64,000 nucleotides of DNA, taken from NCBI RefSeq assembly GCF_009914755.1, contig NC_060939.1; one strand, given 5' to 3'. Source of the DNA: the human T2T-CHM13v2.0 reference genome, Homo sapiens. Numbering within the stretch: position 1 is the stretch's first letter; the number at the start of each line of letters is the position of its first letter. Below the pieces are notes generated by a model that ran no database searches, was not told where the DNA came from, and saw only the letters and a program-made list of their open reading frames with translations. This document shows positions 1-17,138 of this stretch, piece after piece. Both the position numbers and the translations under genes were made by a program.

Positions 1-34
1 ATGAGATTTAGGTGGGGACACAGCCAAGCCATAT
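1..34 (+). mobile_element. End of a THE1/MST LTR
   Basis: TGAGATTTAGGTGGGGACACAGCCAAGCCATAT resembles the MaLR LTR terminus. Confidence 0.65.
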
Positions 35-3000
35 GGCTTACTTTCAGTGCCTTAAGAGCAAGGATCTTGTCTGTCTTGTTTATGGCTGTATCCCCTGCAG
101 CCAGCACAAGATCTGGCACAAACTAAGTGTTCAATGACTATTTGTTGAATATGTAGACTAACAGGATGGCCTATTGGTTAATCAGGCTGTACATCACAGA
201 AGTAGTGAGTCTCCTGTGAGCCTGTTGGTTGGTCTGAGGATTTGGTCAGCCTGGAGTAGGTCAGGCAGCTGTTGAGTGGGCCACTTACTCTGTGGGGTTG
301 GTCTGTATGACTGACAAGCCAACTGCAAAGCCAGGCCAGGATGCTGGGGGGATACAAGAAGGAAAAGGCCCAGGCCTACCCCTAAGAAGATTCTTGCCCA
401 TCTCTATTTAGAGTCTTACTGCTCCCCATTCCCTGGCCAGGAGGTGACACAGGGATGGCCTGGGGGAGTGGGGAGGCTATAGAGCCTGTCCCAAACTGGC
501 AGCTGCTCCTCAGTAATTCTGCTGCAGGGCTTTCAAATCCCATGAACCTCACCTCGTGGCTGCAAGGCTCAGGAAGAGCCTGTGGGGGAGGCACAGAGAG
601 GGCTTTGTGGCTTCCTCGCCACCCCACCTCCTAACCTCCCCTGACCTGGGCTCTCTGCTCATGGAAAGTCCCCCTCTGGACCTGGCTGCCTAGCCCCAGG
701 AGACAGGCGGTAGGACACGTTGCCACTATCTGCTCTCTGCAGGGGCAGAACATGAGCCTGTACCTCTAGGGGCCACTCCTTACAACTGAAGTTGTGCCCT
801 TCATAGACCAGGGGAAGCCCAGCTCTCTGGCTGAGGGAAGAGGCTTTGGATAGAAGCTGGATATGGGACAGTTAATCCCAGATCTCGCCAGGAACACCGC
901 TGCTGTGGGGTCATGGATGTGGCTAGAGTCCCATGGAGTATGTGTAGGAGGGTGTCAGAGCTGCTTGTATGGAAGCAGCTGTTTGCAATAACTAGGCCAC
1001 AGCACCCAGGCCGCCAGCAATCACCGAGCTTCCATCCTGCTCACTGACAAACTCCATGACCAGGAGGCCCCACTCATGGTGACATCATCCCCTTGCACGC
1101 TGCTGAGGGAAATGAGCTCAGGACAGCCATCAGAGGCGGCCTGTTTACTTACAGGGACCCTGGCCGTCAGCAGCTATTTGACCAGACATTCCCTGTCCTG
1201 GCCAGCATGAAGCAGAAATTTCCTTAAACACATTACTTTGGCCACAACCCATTGCCTGCTCTCTTGCTTTCAATTTTTTTCAAGAGGAAAATTCCTAGTT
1301 CTGGCCCCAAGCAGAGCAGCCAGATATGGTGAGGGGCCGTCACAATGACTCCCAGAGGGCCTTTTGCAGTTTAAGTTACTCCCATCTCCAGGGTAACTCT
1401 TAGAGCTGAGAGAACATCAAACCAATTATCTGTGACCCATGTTGGGGATGGCCATTGGGGTGGCCAGCATGACCTCCAGGCAGACCCTCTCCCTGCTTCT
1501 CTCAGGGCCTCGGCCACCCTGAGCTCACTTCCAGAGAATTTCCCAACTCAGCAACCCTGGCTGCACCCTAAACCCCTCCCTCAGTCCCTCCAGGTCAGGG
1601 ATATTTTGGGAGAGCATAAGAGCTGCCAGCTTTAACAGGCTCTAGGGGATTCCCGAGATAGTCACCCCCAGCAACCCTGGCTGAGAGGCACTATCTCCGG
1701 ACCGCCCCCAACTCTCCTTGTACCTGCTGGAACTCAGCCATTCCAGAGGCCTTGAGGGCACAGGGGTCATGGAGGTCTCCTTGGTCTCTCAGGTGCTCTA
1801 TGATTCTCAGCCACCTGAGCCAGGAGCAGAGCGATGCGCTCCCAGCAATATCAATCATGGGAGGCAGACGCCCTCCGCCTGTCTGGATGTGCCCATACTG
1901 GGGCTGGTCAGGCAGGCACAGACATGTCAGGGAGCTTGAAGACTTACCTGACCCAGCTCTGCCCTGTGGCCTGATCCTATTTAGCTCAACATCCTGCCTC
2001 ACTGGGTAGGGGCTCAGGGGCAGAATCAGGTCAGAAGAGGGTGTTGAACCTGTCTTTCATAGTACTTATCTGTACACAAGACTGAGAAGATGTCAAGGAT
2101 CCACATCAGAGAATGGGGTGAAGGGAGTGGCTCACACAGATCTCAGTTGGCAACTTCTTAGAAGGTACCGAAGAAAGGGCCAGATTTTCTCCCCCACTGT
2201 CCCCACCCCCAACCACCATAGGGCCAGAATTCCCTAAACATGTGGTTTACATGAATTCAATTTGTCAACGTGTCTACTGAACCCAACATTTGTAAGATAT
2301 GAAAGCTGGAAAGTCTGTAGATAAGAACAGAAGCTAATATTTATTGAACATCTACTATGTGCCTGGCATCATGCTCAACAATTTTTTTTTTCCCAAGACA
2401 GGGTCTCGCTCTGTTGCCCAGGCTGGAGTGCAGTGGTGTGATCATAGCTCACTGTAGCCTCGACCTCCTGGGCTCAAGCAGTCTTCCAGCCTTAGCCTCC
2501 TGAGTAGCCAGGACTATCGGCACAGGTCATCAAGCTGGGCTAATTTTTTAAAAATTTGTTGTAGAGACAGGGGTCTGGCTATGTTGCCCAGGCTGGTCTC
2601 GAACTCCTGACCTCAAGTGATGCTCCTGACTTGGCCTCCCGAAATGCTGGGATTACAGGCATGAACCGCCACACCTGGCCCATGCTCAACACTTTACACA
2701 CATTATTTTATTTAATCCTCACAACAATCCTGATGAGGTTAAATAACTCCAAAGGACACAAAATCCATATGGCAGAGCTGGGATTCAAACTGAGTTCTGT
2801 CTGAACCCAGAGCTTCTAAAATTAGGCATCTTCCAATTTGACCTCTAAAAAGTAATTAATTAACCCAGGAATCAATCACCCTCCTTCTGTAAACCACACA
2901 AGGCCTATACAATTAATGATGAGGTGATCTAACCCTTTCATTCTACAGATGAGAGGCCAGATCACAGTGAGTCTAAGCTGAGCACAGGACTAGTATCTTG

Positions 3001-3152
3001 GACTCTTAGGTCACTGCCCTCTCACCACCCCAGCCTGTCTACCCAGGCAAGGGAATGGATGGCTGGAGAGCTGTGAGTTCTACCCTCTAGGAAAAACACA
3101 TATGAACATTCACACAGACAGACACACAGAGACATGTATACACAGGCGATAA

Positions 3153-3489
<337 letters not shown>

Positions 3490-5442
3490 GGATTGTTCTT
3501 ACCTCTCTACTTTCCACAGTTCCTTTCCATGAGGCCCTTGTCCTGGGCCCACCCTTTAGATGGCCACACTCTGGCTTTACTCTGGCCACAGACACCTCTT
3601 CAGATTCCCAGTGCCTAGTGTGGGGACAATCACAGAACAAGTACTTTAAAAATGTCCAAGTAAATTAGTAAATCATAAATCAAGAATGAGTGAATGAATG
3701 CTTCTGCACAAATAGGCATATGTGCTTTCAGAGGCTCACTGACATATTATTTACACCAAAATAACCTCATGAGTACCCCCACAAACACACGTAGGCAGGT
3801 GGTAGACCAATTCAACTATGCAAGCAGTAGAGGCCCACACTTTCCCTCAAAGATACTCACATACATGGGCTTACACAGATGTGAATACTTACATACAGGG
3901 AAACACACAAGTACATACTTTCTACCGAGGAACAGCTGCAACCAGCAATGCAGCTGCCTACACACACAAACCCAGAAGTCACACAAACCCACCCTGATCT
4001 GCTCAGCTAGACAAAGGCAAAGCTGCAGGCCCAAAACAGACTGGGAGTGAGACATTTGTCCATAGACTCCTGGACTGCCCCTGGATCCCACACTGTCTGC
4101 CTCCTTCCCCCTCCTGTCTGCGGCCAGAGGGGGTTCCTAGAATTCCTTTTGCAGACTGGCTGAAAAAGCCGGCTCTTCCTCCTCCCCCACAGACCCAGGC
4201 CAGAGTCCTAGGTTAGGGAAGCAGATGTTATACGTTGTGGGGAGCTATGCCTTCCCAAGGACTCTGCCCTTGGTCCCCAGTTGCCTCCCAAAGCCTGACT
4301 AAGGCCAGGCTGGACGCTGGATGGTGGCAGAGCACACTCAGGTTCCACTGCCCCAGCTCTATTGCCAACTAGATGATTTAGGAGCATCTAGTGAATAGCG
4401 CTTTTCCAGAAGCCTTGCTTCCTTAGGAAACCGCTCAGCCACCAGCCTGATCTTCAAAACAGGCCTAGGGGACGAAAACACTCCTGCTTCTCTGCAAAAA
4501 CATGGGCAGCTCCTCTTGCTCAGAGCCCCTAGCGTCATCCAAACCACAGCATCTCAAGGCTGTGGGAATTAAAGGCCAGTGTTCTAGTCCTGCTTCTGTC
4601 TCAACTCTGTGGACTGTGTCCACTTTTGTAAAATGAGCCATTTGAGTGTGACGACTTCAGATCTAGCTGGAATGGTGTGGGAATCTAATTCCCCAGGCAG
4701 CCCCTGGGCGGGGGTGAAGGGGCTCCCACCCCAGGGACAGTGGCCCAGTGGGGGCCTCCTCTTAAGTGACAGTCATATTACAAACACAGGACTTGTGCCT
4801 GGAGTGGCTTGAGGCTGAGGTGCCCAGTGCTGGGGCAAAATGGGGACTCAGGAGAAATGTCTCGTTCAACCTGGAGACAGACAGCTACCTTCCTTCTCCC
4901 TTGTACCCACTCACCAGATCCTCCAGGCCTCTGCTGGAGGTGGACGAAGGGCTGCAGCCCCACCCAGCCAGGCAGGACTGGAGACAGGAATGCTGCTGAG
5001 CCCAGCTGGCCAGAAAGGGGTGACTGTTTGTTCTCTGATGTGAGGAACATCTCAGGCAATCAGGGGGATTTGGCTGCCAGCAGCCCCTGGATGCAAGGTC
5101 TCAAAAATTTCAACTTAATCAGAGCAGGCTGATAGCTTGAGCAGGCAGTGGGGGTGGAAGGGAGGGGCCATCCCCTTCCTGCCCCACATTCAGTGCCATG
5201 TGTGCCTCTGGGCTCACCTCCTGGGTCTGCAATGATGGGGCTGGGAAGGTTACAGGAGATGAGCTCAGAGCTCTGATTGAGTGGGTGTTGGGGGACTTCC
5301 CATGGTTTCCACTTCTGACATTGCAGGTGCCTTCTGCTCATAAAACAGAGCAGAGCTCACAACCCCAGTCTGGAAAGGGAACTCGTTTTCTATTCACTGG
5401 GCCTGGTGTCGGCACTCTTGTCTTCCTATGCCACCAGCCTAG

Positions 5443-5815
<373 letters not shown>

Positions 5816-6724
5816 TAGAGTCAGCCCTGGTTCTGCCTCTTTCTGGCCTTTTAACCTTGCACAAGTCATCTCCAAACCTGTTTCTTCTGTAAAATAAACA
5901 GAATAGTATCTGCCTTGCAGGGATACTGTGAAGATTAAATGAGATAATTCTTTTAATATGCACATCATGCAGGAGGCACTTGATACACGGTAGCATCCTT
6001 TTCCTTCCTCCCTTCTCCTACTGCTGCAGACTGCATCTCTGGTCTTCCTGAGGGCCAGGCTCCTCCAGTGTAGTTTACAGCCACAGCCCTGGTCAGACCT
6101 ACCCATTGCTGCTTCCGGACTTTGATGGGCCCTGAGGTTTCTGAGGCCAGAAGCCAGTCCAAGCTGACCGAAGGAGGCCCCTTGAGACTGAGGCTGCAGA
6201 AGGCCCCAAAACACAGTGGCGCGTGTGTGTGTGTTTTTCCCATCTCTTATTTATTTATTTAGAGACGGAGTCTCACTCTGCTGCCCAGGCTGGAGTGCAG
6301 TGGTGCGATCTTGGCTCACTCAACCTCCGCCTCGCTACAACCTTTGCCTCCCAGGTCCAAGCGATTCTCGTGCCTCAGCCTCCCGAGTAGCTGGGATTAC
6401 AGGCGTGCACCACCATGCCCAGTTAATTTTTGTATTTTTAGTAGAGACGGGGTTTCACCATGTTGGCCAGGCTGGTCTCAAACTCCTGACTTCAAGTGAT
6501 CTGCAGGCTTCAGCCTCCCAAAGTGCTGGGATTACAGGCATGAGTCACCATGCCCCTGCCTCCCATCTCTTATTTTGCACAGGTTTGAGTGCCTTGTGGG
6601 GATAGTCCAAGGGTCAGGACAGTCAAACTTCATCAATCCAGACTCACTAGTTTGGAATTCACACCTTTCTATAGTTAACAAAGGATTTACATTAAAAATA
6701 ATGATGCTCCAGGATGGCAAAGGC

Positions 6725-7660
<936 letters not shown>

Positions 7661-8138
7661 AAAGAACTAAGAGGACAAATACTTTTCTAGCCCTTTAAAA
7701 ATATAATTGATGTGCTAGTTTTAAATCCCTACAGACCTCTGATAGGCAATATATTATGGGCTCATTTGGGATAGCCTGCACTTGCTCAAGAATAAAACTG
7801 CATCTTTAAAGCAGCCTGCGATCCATGCTTCCAATAAATTGAGACTGGCCTTTCTGACCCACCAGTGGACAGTTTGACTAAACTAACCAATGTCACCAGC
7901 AATGGCTAGAAAGCCTGGCAGCACCACATGCTGTTTTCACTGGGGTCCTCCTTTGGCCAAATGGGGTTAGAGCAAAGTTTGATTCCAGCGGCCCCACCCC
8001 TTGACATGGTCAAAGCTCCTCCTGCCCTTGAATCCCTAGTGATTTCTCTTTCGCCACCCTCTCCTAACTCATTACTAAAACCTGCTCTTAGGGAGGCTTT
8101 GTTATCAGTCATTTGCACATGTGTATGAATAAGCTTCA

Positions 8139-8478
<340 letters not shown>

Positions 8479-8545
8479 TCAAAAAAAAAAAAAAAAAAAC
8501 AAACAAAAAAAACAATGCAAGACACTGTCCTTTCCACCCCACTAA

Positions 8546-8976
<431 letters not shown>

Positions 8977-9150
8977 TTCATTCTCTTTTTGCTAACATTC
9001 AATCATTACCCTCTACTGTGATAGGGAAGTTTCTTGTATCTTTGCACCCCTTTATTCACTCAATAAACTCTTCTCCAGCACCTACCATATCTTAGATACT
9101 TGGATATACAAAGACTGCCTAGTCCCTGTCCTCAAGGAGCTTGCAGTTGA

Positions 9151-9383
<233 letters not shown>

Positions 9384-11090
9384 TGATCTCCTGACGTCAG
9401 GTGATCTGCCCGCCTCAGCCTTCCAAAAGTGCTGAGATTATAGCCGTGAACCACCGCGCCTGGCCTAATTTCCAGATTTTTAACACAAGCAAAGTCTAGC
9501 CCCGTGGCTGATATAAAGTATTCAATAAATGCTGCTTTCCCTTTTCAGGGCTGCAGTATATGGACACTACAGCAGAACGCTGGAAATTTTTGAAAAACCC
9601 TTTCCAGGTGGACAAGGGCACCAGCCAGAGTGGGTGGAGACGGTGGTTTCTATCTTTACTTGGGAATGTCATGATTTGTTTTGGATGCTCCAAATGTCAG
9701 GTTGGAGACGCATGCAAAGGAGAGGGGCTTATTCTAACCAGATCAGGCTAGAGGCAGCCCAGGACACTGTCTCCATGGTGCACAGCCCCAGACAGTTTGG
9801 AAACAAACAGAAACCCATCCAGAGGCAGGAGACTGACAAAGGCAAACACAAACAAAGGCCAAGAGATGGAAAACTCATGAGGTGGGGCACAGTAGAGAGG
9901 AGGGGAGTGGGGAGAGAGACAAGTGGGGGCTGTGGAGGGGGTTTAGAGAGGGGTGTGGTCCTGTTTTTGTGTGAGCTAAATCCAGCCCCAGGGCCTAAGA
10001 ATCACCATGGCAACGGGATGAATGCTGCTGACTCCATGCCAACACAAGCCTCCTGGGCTTAGCAGAAATGGGCTCAGATGCGATGGGGCCATGTTCTCAA
10101 GAAAAATGTCTGAATTGGGCTGTTTAAATCACAAACTCTCCACCCCTCTCCTGGTTTTGTAGGCAATCAGTGTTTAATGAAATGAATTAAACAGAAATGA
10201 CACAGAACAACTTCCCCTATTCTACCTCTCTCTCATACACTCGTGCACTTACTCCCATAGAGTAAAACTCTTTCCCTTTCTGGTAGAAACTGACAGCTCA
10301 TGGGATGCTGTGCATTTTCAGAAGCAAGGACCTCACCTGTGAGAGGTCCCCCCTTACAATGGCATTAGTGACAGAGGACAGATGGGGTTGCTTTTCACAA
10401 GACCTTAGGCAGCTGGGGGCCCCTATGAGGTGGCTCCAACTAAACCACTTTCACTTTTCCCAGAGCTGCTTGGCCTATGGGATCTCCCTGAGATTTTGGG
10501 TCGGTGCTAAATAGAATGTTAAGTCTCGTGTAGGGCTTGTCTCCTTCCTGCCTCTCCATTCCCAGGTACCCAGAGGCCTCACACTATCCCCTAGTACACT
10601 AGTCCTGCGCTAACTCATCCATTAGACATAGTAGGCACCGTGCCTAAGGCCCACATTGCAAAAATGTTTTCTTTTAAAATTAGAAGAAAAAAACTTTTAA
10701 GAAAAATTAGAAGAAAAAATGGTTTAGTACATAAATATATTCATTTTTATATCAATGCAGTAATAAAATATAATTTTAAATACTTTTATGGAAGAAAGGG
10801 GGCCCAGAAAGGCAAAAGTGCCCGGGGCCCATGGAAGTCATAACGTGGCCCTGCCCTAGTCTTCCCTCCTGCCCACTCGAACCCTCTAGACTCCAGAGTT
10901 TTCCTTCCCCCATATCAAAACGTACCTGCTATCTCATGTCCCTCCACTAACCCTGGAGCTCCTGGAGGGCAAGACCATTCTTTATGTATCCTCTGTGCCC
11001 ACAGTCATATCAGGTATTGCGTTACCATTTCTTCTTTTTGCAGGGAGGGGGGTTGGAGGTGGGATGTATGGGGTGGAGCAGAAAACTCAG

Positions 11091-11122
<32 letters not shown>

Positions 11123-11680
11123 ACAGGGCTAGGTTTGAAACAAATGTTGCCGGAATGAGAGGCCCACTCCTCAGCCCTGCTCTGTAGCAGTGAGCTAATG
11201 TGACAGCAGAGTCAAGCCAAAGCAGGGGTTCTTCACTTGAGACATATAGCCAGGTCTCGGGGAACAGAATTCCTGGAAACTGCAAAAACTTCCCATCTAT
11301 GCAGTCTGACTTTGTCCACATCTGCTATACTGAACTCCACTGAAACTGTTCCTGCTGAGTTTGCCAATATCTCCAATCCAGTAAATCCAACAGACACTTC
11401 TCAGGTATAACCGTGGTTTCTCAGCACCATTTGACACTGCTCATCTAGCCCTCCTCTTTGGCTTCCATGACACTTGGCTATCTCAGTCGCCTCCTATTTC
11501 TCTGGTCACTACTACTGTCTCCTTTGCAGGCTCTCTGCTCTGTTGGGCCCTTAAAAACAAGTAATAATAGTAGCAGCAACTGATACATATCAGTGATTTA
11601 CTCTGCCCTGGGCACTACATAAGCATCAATCCTCTTAATCCTCAAAGTAATCCTAGATCCGCTCTCCAACCACCAGCTAG

Positions 11681-11935
<255 letters not shown>

Positions 11936-12357
11936 TAGTAGAGACGGGGTTTCACCGTGTTAGCCAGGACGGTCTCAATCTCCTGACGTCGTGATCCTCC
12001 CGTCTCGGCCTCCCAAAGTGCTGGGATTACAGGCGTGAGCCACCGCGCCCGGCCGCCCACAGCTTTTAAAGTCTTTCAAGATCTGGTCCCTGTCTACCTC
12101 TCCAGCCTGATTTCTCATCACTGCCTCTTCCTTTATAACCTGCCTGCTTTTAGCTTCTCCAAGAACTTCAGGTCTTTGCATGTGCTGTTCCTACTGCCTG
12201 AAACACTTTTCCTCCACCTTTCAGCCTAGAACCAATTCCTCTGGGGGAAGGAGATTGGTTATGTGATTGACGCTGAAATCAGTCTGCCAGGTTCAACTCC
12301 CAGCTCTGCCACATCCTAGCAATAAAACCTTGGGCAAGCTATTAAACTCTCTGGCAC

Positions 12358-13000
12358 TGGCTGGACATAGCGGCTCATGCCTGTAATTGGGAAGCTGAGG
12401 AAGGTGGATCACTTGCGGTCAGAATTTTGAGACCAGCCTGGCCAACATGGCAAAACCCTGTCTCTATTAAAAATACAAAAATGGCCGGGCATGGTGGCTC
12501 ACACCTGTAATCCCAGTACTTTGGAAGGCCAAGGTGGGCAGATCACTTGAGGTCAGGAGTTCATGACCAGCCTGGCCAACATGGTAAAACCCCATCTCTA
12601 CTAAAAACACAAAAATTAGCCAGGTGTGGTGGCATGCGCCTGTAATCCCAGCTACTCAGGAGGCTAAGACAGGAGAATTGCTTGTACCCGGGAGGCAGAG
12701 GTTGCAGTGAGCCAGAGGTTGCAATGAGCTGAGATTGCACCACTGCACTCTAGCCTAGGTGACAGAGCGAGACTCCAGCTCAAAAAAAAAATTTAAGAAA
12801 GAAATAAAATAAAAATAAAAATACAAAAATGAGCCAGGCATGGTGGTGTGTGCCTGTAATCCCAGCTACAGGGAGGCTAAGGCAGGAAAACTGCTTGAAC
12901 CCGGGAGGCAGAGGCTGCAGTGAGCCGAGATTGCGTCACTGCACTCCAGCCTGGGTGACAGAGCAAGACTCTGTCTCAAAAAAAAAAAAAAAAAAAAAAA
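12358..13000 (+). mobile_element. Nested Alu: full Alu inserted into the A-rich linker of another Alu
   Basis: Left arm 12358-12482, full Alu 12483-12790, right arm ~12815-13000. Confidence 0.8.
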
Positions 13001-13425
13001 GTAGATAAGGCCTGTTGTGAAAATTAACCAGTATAGTAAGGTGCCTTGCAATGTTACATGTGTCACCTGAGTATTTTCTGACCCTAGACCATGTTAGGAC
13101 TCCTTGCCAAGTATTTCCCTAAACTTTATAATACCATAAACTCCCAACCTCACTCTTGAAATGTTTGTCCATCTGCCCACCTTGCAGGCTGTCAGCTCTG
13201 TGAAAGCAGGGGCTTTCTGACTTTGATCCTGCTCATATTCCTAGTGCCTGGCATACAGTAGGTACTCACGTTTGTTAAGTCATTAACTAGAAATCCAACA
13301 CCTCCTAGATATCATATCCTGGTGATATATGCTCTCCAGCAAACAGCTAGTTTGAACAAGGAAGGATGGAAGATAAAGTTTTTAACAACAAGGCATATAG
13401 GGCAGACTCACACTAAGGCTAAAAG

Positions 13426-13472
13426 CACTCACAAAGGCAACTTAAATCATTAAGAAAATATCTTTATTTATT
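13426..13472 (-). terminator. PARP16 polyadenylation signal (overlapping AATAAATAAA) with downstream GU-rich element
   Basis: tttatttatt at 13463-13472 = AATAAATAAA on minus; GTTGCCTTTGTGAGTG ~20-35 nt further downstream; gives a ~1.3 kb 3'UTR. Confidence 0.8.
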
Positions 13473-14754
13473 CTGAAATGTTCCAATAATCAATGTAAAA
13501 ACTGTGGTAGTGGCTCTTTCACAACTTTACAAATTATAGAAAAATGATTTTTCCTCTTCTTTACAGAAATGTCACTCCCAAATCGTACCGGGCCCTATTA
13601 TGGCTAAAACCCAGCAGGAAGAAGGGAGCAGAGAATACAGCAAGCAGGGCTCCGGCTCTCTGGGTGGCCAGAAGGCTTTTCCTACACATTAAAGCCCAGG
13701 CTGAGTCTCAAAGACCTGTGACCCCTCTGAAGGAGGCTCCATCCACATGGATCTGTGGCACACTGGGGCAGGCCTCTGTCTTGAAGGCCAGTAGGCCACA
13801 GAAGACCTGAAAGCATGGCACTCGTGGTTGCAGGCCACAGTCAAGGCAGCTTTGTGAGAATGAGAACAGGAGGCGAGCCTATAGCTCAAATCCCTTTCTC
13901 TAAAACACAGCCAGAAAAGAGGCTGTGGACACTGGCCAAACAGTGCACTAGGTTTAGAAATTTCCCCTTTTACTCAGCAAAGACTAATTTGTTAAACAGC
14001 TATTAAAAAAAAATCAGAAAACAAACATTTGGTTCCATTTCAGCTGTAATCAGCAGTTGGTAATTTTTGGAAAAAGAGCAGTTTTCTCATCTTGAGTTGC
14101 TCATTAAGTCTGTATTTTTTATCAGGCCCCTGACTCCTTTCTTTCTCATCCATGGTTTTTTGGGGAGGGGGGCAAGTACAGCTATAGGAGAAGGCTGTTT
14201 GTTGATTTGAGAAAACTGTTAAAATGTTTTGCACTCACATACAAAGGCTGATGGAATTCAAAAATGATCCCACTGATTTTTATGAGAAACATGACTGTTC
14301 CTCTTGGGTGTCTCAAGTCAAAACAAGGCAACCGCCTAGTGATTTATAGTTCCCACATTTTCCGCCTTCCAGAAGGCATTAGAGAAAGGGCCAACCTCTG
14401 CCAGGAGAGATTGTAAACACACCACTGACAGCTTGGACACTTTGTTTTTAAATGCAGCAGGGCTTTTTCCTTTGGCCCTGGCTGAAAAGCCAACTCCCTA
14501 GGACAGTTTAAGAAGGAGCAGATGGAAGGACTCCCCTAAAACCTAAGAGTGAGGGACTAGTAGTCCCCGTTGACTGGAGTATGGCTGGGAACATCATCAA
14601 AGGCAATGGATACATTTAGGCCATATGAAAATTGTCCTGTGGTCCCCCAACTGGCCCCTAGGCTCAACCTGGCTGGACATGAGGCATAGGAGGTACAGAA
14701 CAAGTTACCATAAGGCACATAGTTGAGGTAGCCCCCACACCAGGCCCAGAAAGA

Positions 14755-14890
14755 TTATCTTTTCGCACGATTCCAAAAGTGTTGGAAAGCAGAGGAGTTG
14801 ATGACACTCACTATGAGCAGCAGCAGCAGATACAGGGATATCATGACGGTAAACCAATGGCTGGAAAACCAGGAGAGCTGGCTCGAAGCC
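14755..14890 (-). CDS. PARP16: PARP16 exon 6 coding part ([45 protein letters not shown]; TM tail anchor)
   Basis: Tandem acceptor AAG CAG (exon start 14890 or 14893); TAA at 14757-14755; hydrophobic stretch aa ~290-308. Confidence 0.95.
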
Positions 14891-16232
14891 CTGCTTAAGA
14901 GGGAAAAAAGAGTGGTGTTGGCAAAAAGAGAAAAACATTTTTTTTAAGTGTGTACAACAAGTCTGGCTCTAAGAAGACAAAATGATGAATTTCATCCTTT
15001 GCCTGAGCCATGAAATGAAGCTTCGTGCTTCCTTGCTCAAGAAACCTGGGGCTGTTTGCCCAGGCACTGACACGCCTTTCAACAGGATATTTTCTAAATG
15101 CGCAAAGACAGCTATGCAATGAGCTCATCCTGATCTTCCCTTTTGTAGCTCCTCTTTTACCATTTACAACCCATCTTGGTATCTATAACAATGACCTAGC
15201 TCAGGGTGTCTGCCCAGATGGTGGCAGGTGGCAGGTAATTTAGCTGAAGTCTTTTCACTTTTAGACACATGCAGATATAAATCCAAGCTGGGGAAATCCT
15301 CTTTGGCCCACTAGGAGATGATCTAAACCACCCAAGTGTGCACTAAAGAGATGCTCCAGGGAGAAGTGGGAAAGGAATGGAATTTTCAAGGATAAAAAGT
15401 TAGATGATTTTAAACCAAAGCATAATGTCACCTGGACCCAGGCACCCTATATACATTTCCCAAATTTGGACAGGGGTCGGGAGGAGACTTTACTGGTTTA
15501 TGAAGTCTGGAAGCATGGAAACCACTGGTGTGTACAAGCAGGAGTGGGGATTATTTAAAGTGACCCCTTTTCCTGTCATATCTACTTACCTGCTGCTGGC
15601 CCCTGCAAGAAGCACCATCATGGATTCCAACAATGCAACAAAATCTCAAGAGTGGCCCCCAACGCTGGTGAGCCCCACACTTACTCCCACACTGCAGAGA
15701 TGGAACTAGGCATCCACCAAAGCTGATAAGGTCTGAAGGCCCACATCTGCTATTGAGTTCAAGGCCCTCATTTTAGAGATAAAGATGAAGCATCTCAGGT
15801 CCAGAGAGGGGCAGTCAGTGGTTCAGCAGCCACTGTGGGAAGCTACTGAGCCAGCCTGTGCACAATCACAACCGGTGTCCAGTCACTGCCCTGCCTCTCA
15901 GCTTAACCTCATCGGTGGGTCTCAGACTGCAATCATGGGCCTAATGGCTAAGGGGCCACACTGTTTGCGGCAGCCAATTTGGACTCAGTCAGTCTCTCAT
16001 GCTATTTGTGTTTACCAATCTTTCTCTCTTCTCACTGGAATACAGTCCTCTTAGGGTCGGGACCACATCTTCTCCAGATCCTATCTCTCACTTCTCACCG
16101 TGTCCAGCATGGTGCTTTACATACTTGACATCTAGCGGAGGTCTAAGGCTGGGGGAGGGGAGGCTGATACCTACAACAACTAAGAAAGCCAGCACTCTGA
16201 ATACAGCCATTAGTTGTTCTCTTGGACCTTAC

Positions 16233-16374
16233 CTCTTGGGTGGCTTCTGTGAATACACCAGGAGGTACTTCACTCGCAGCAGCTGGTTATTGGTGACCAC
16301 GAAGTACTTGGGAGGGATGTCTCCCCCTTCACTATGTTTGATTCTCGCTCGTCTGCGATCTATCTCCTTGGAAT
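16233..16374 (-). CDS. PARP16: PARP16 exon 5 ([11 protein letters not shown]...PPKYFVVTN...QKPPK; Y254)
   Basis: Acceptor ttcAG at 16376-16375; donor AG|GTAAGG; 142 nt, phase 1-2. Confidence 0.96.
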
Positions 16375-16705
16375 CTGAATAAGGAGAGTAAAACACATCT
16401 TCACTGGGGGAAACAGAACTAAGGAAGCACATTATAAATAGAAATAAGTCAAGCCTCCTGGTGCTGAGGGGGAAGAAGGCCTGGCAGGCTGAGGAACAGA
16501 CCTGTGTGTGCATGAAGCAGCACTGAAAAAAACGGAGAATCTGGCAGGCAAATGGGAGGAGGAAAAAAAGAGTAGGAAAATATAAGGGATACAAGGAAGA
16601 AAAAACAAAACTCAACTGAGTGGGGAGAACAGAAGGAAGAAGCAAATTGATGGCCATAGCAAAGAAATACGCTGGGACTGGAAGCTAGGAACAGGACTTG
16701 ATCTG

Positions 16706-17138
<433 letters not shown>

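Noticed and set aside
9529-10062. 177-aa plus-strand ORF
   Set aside because: No recognisable homology, promoter or splice context; compatible with chance.
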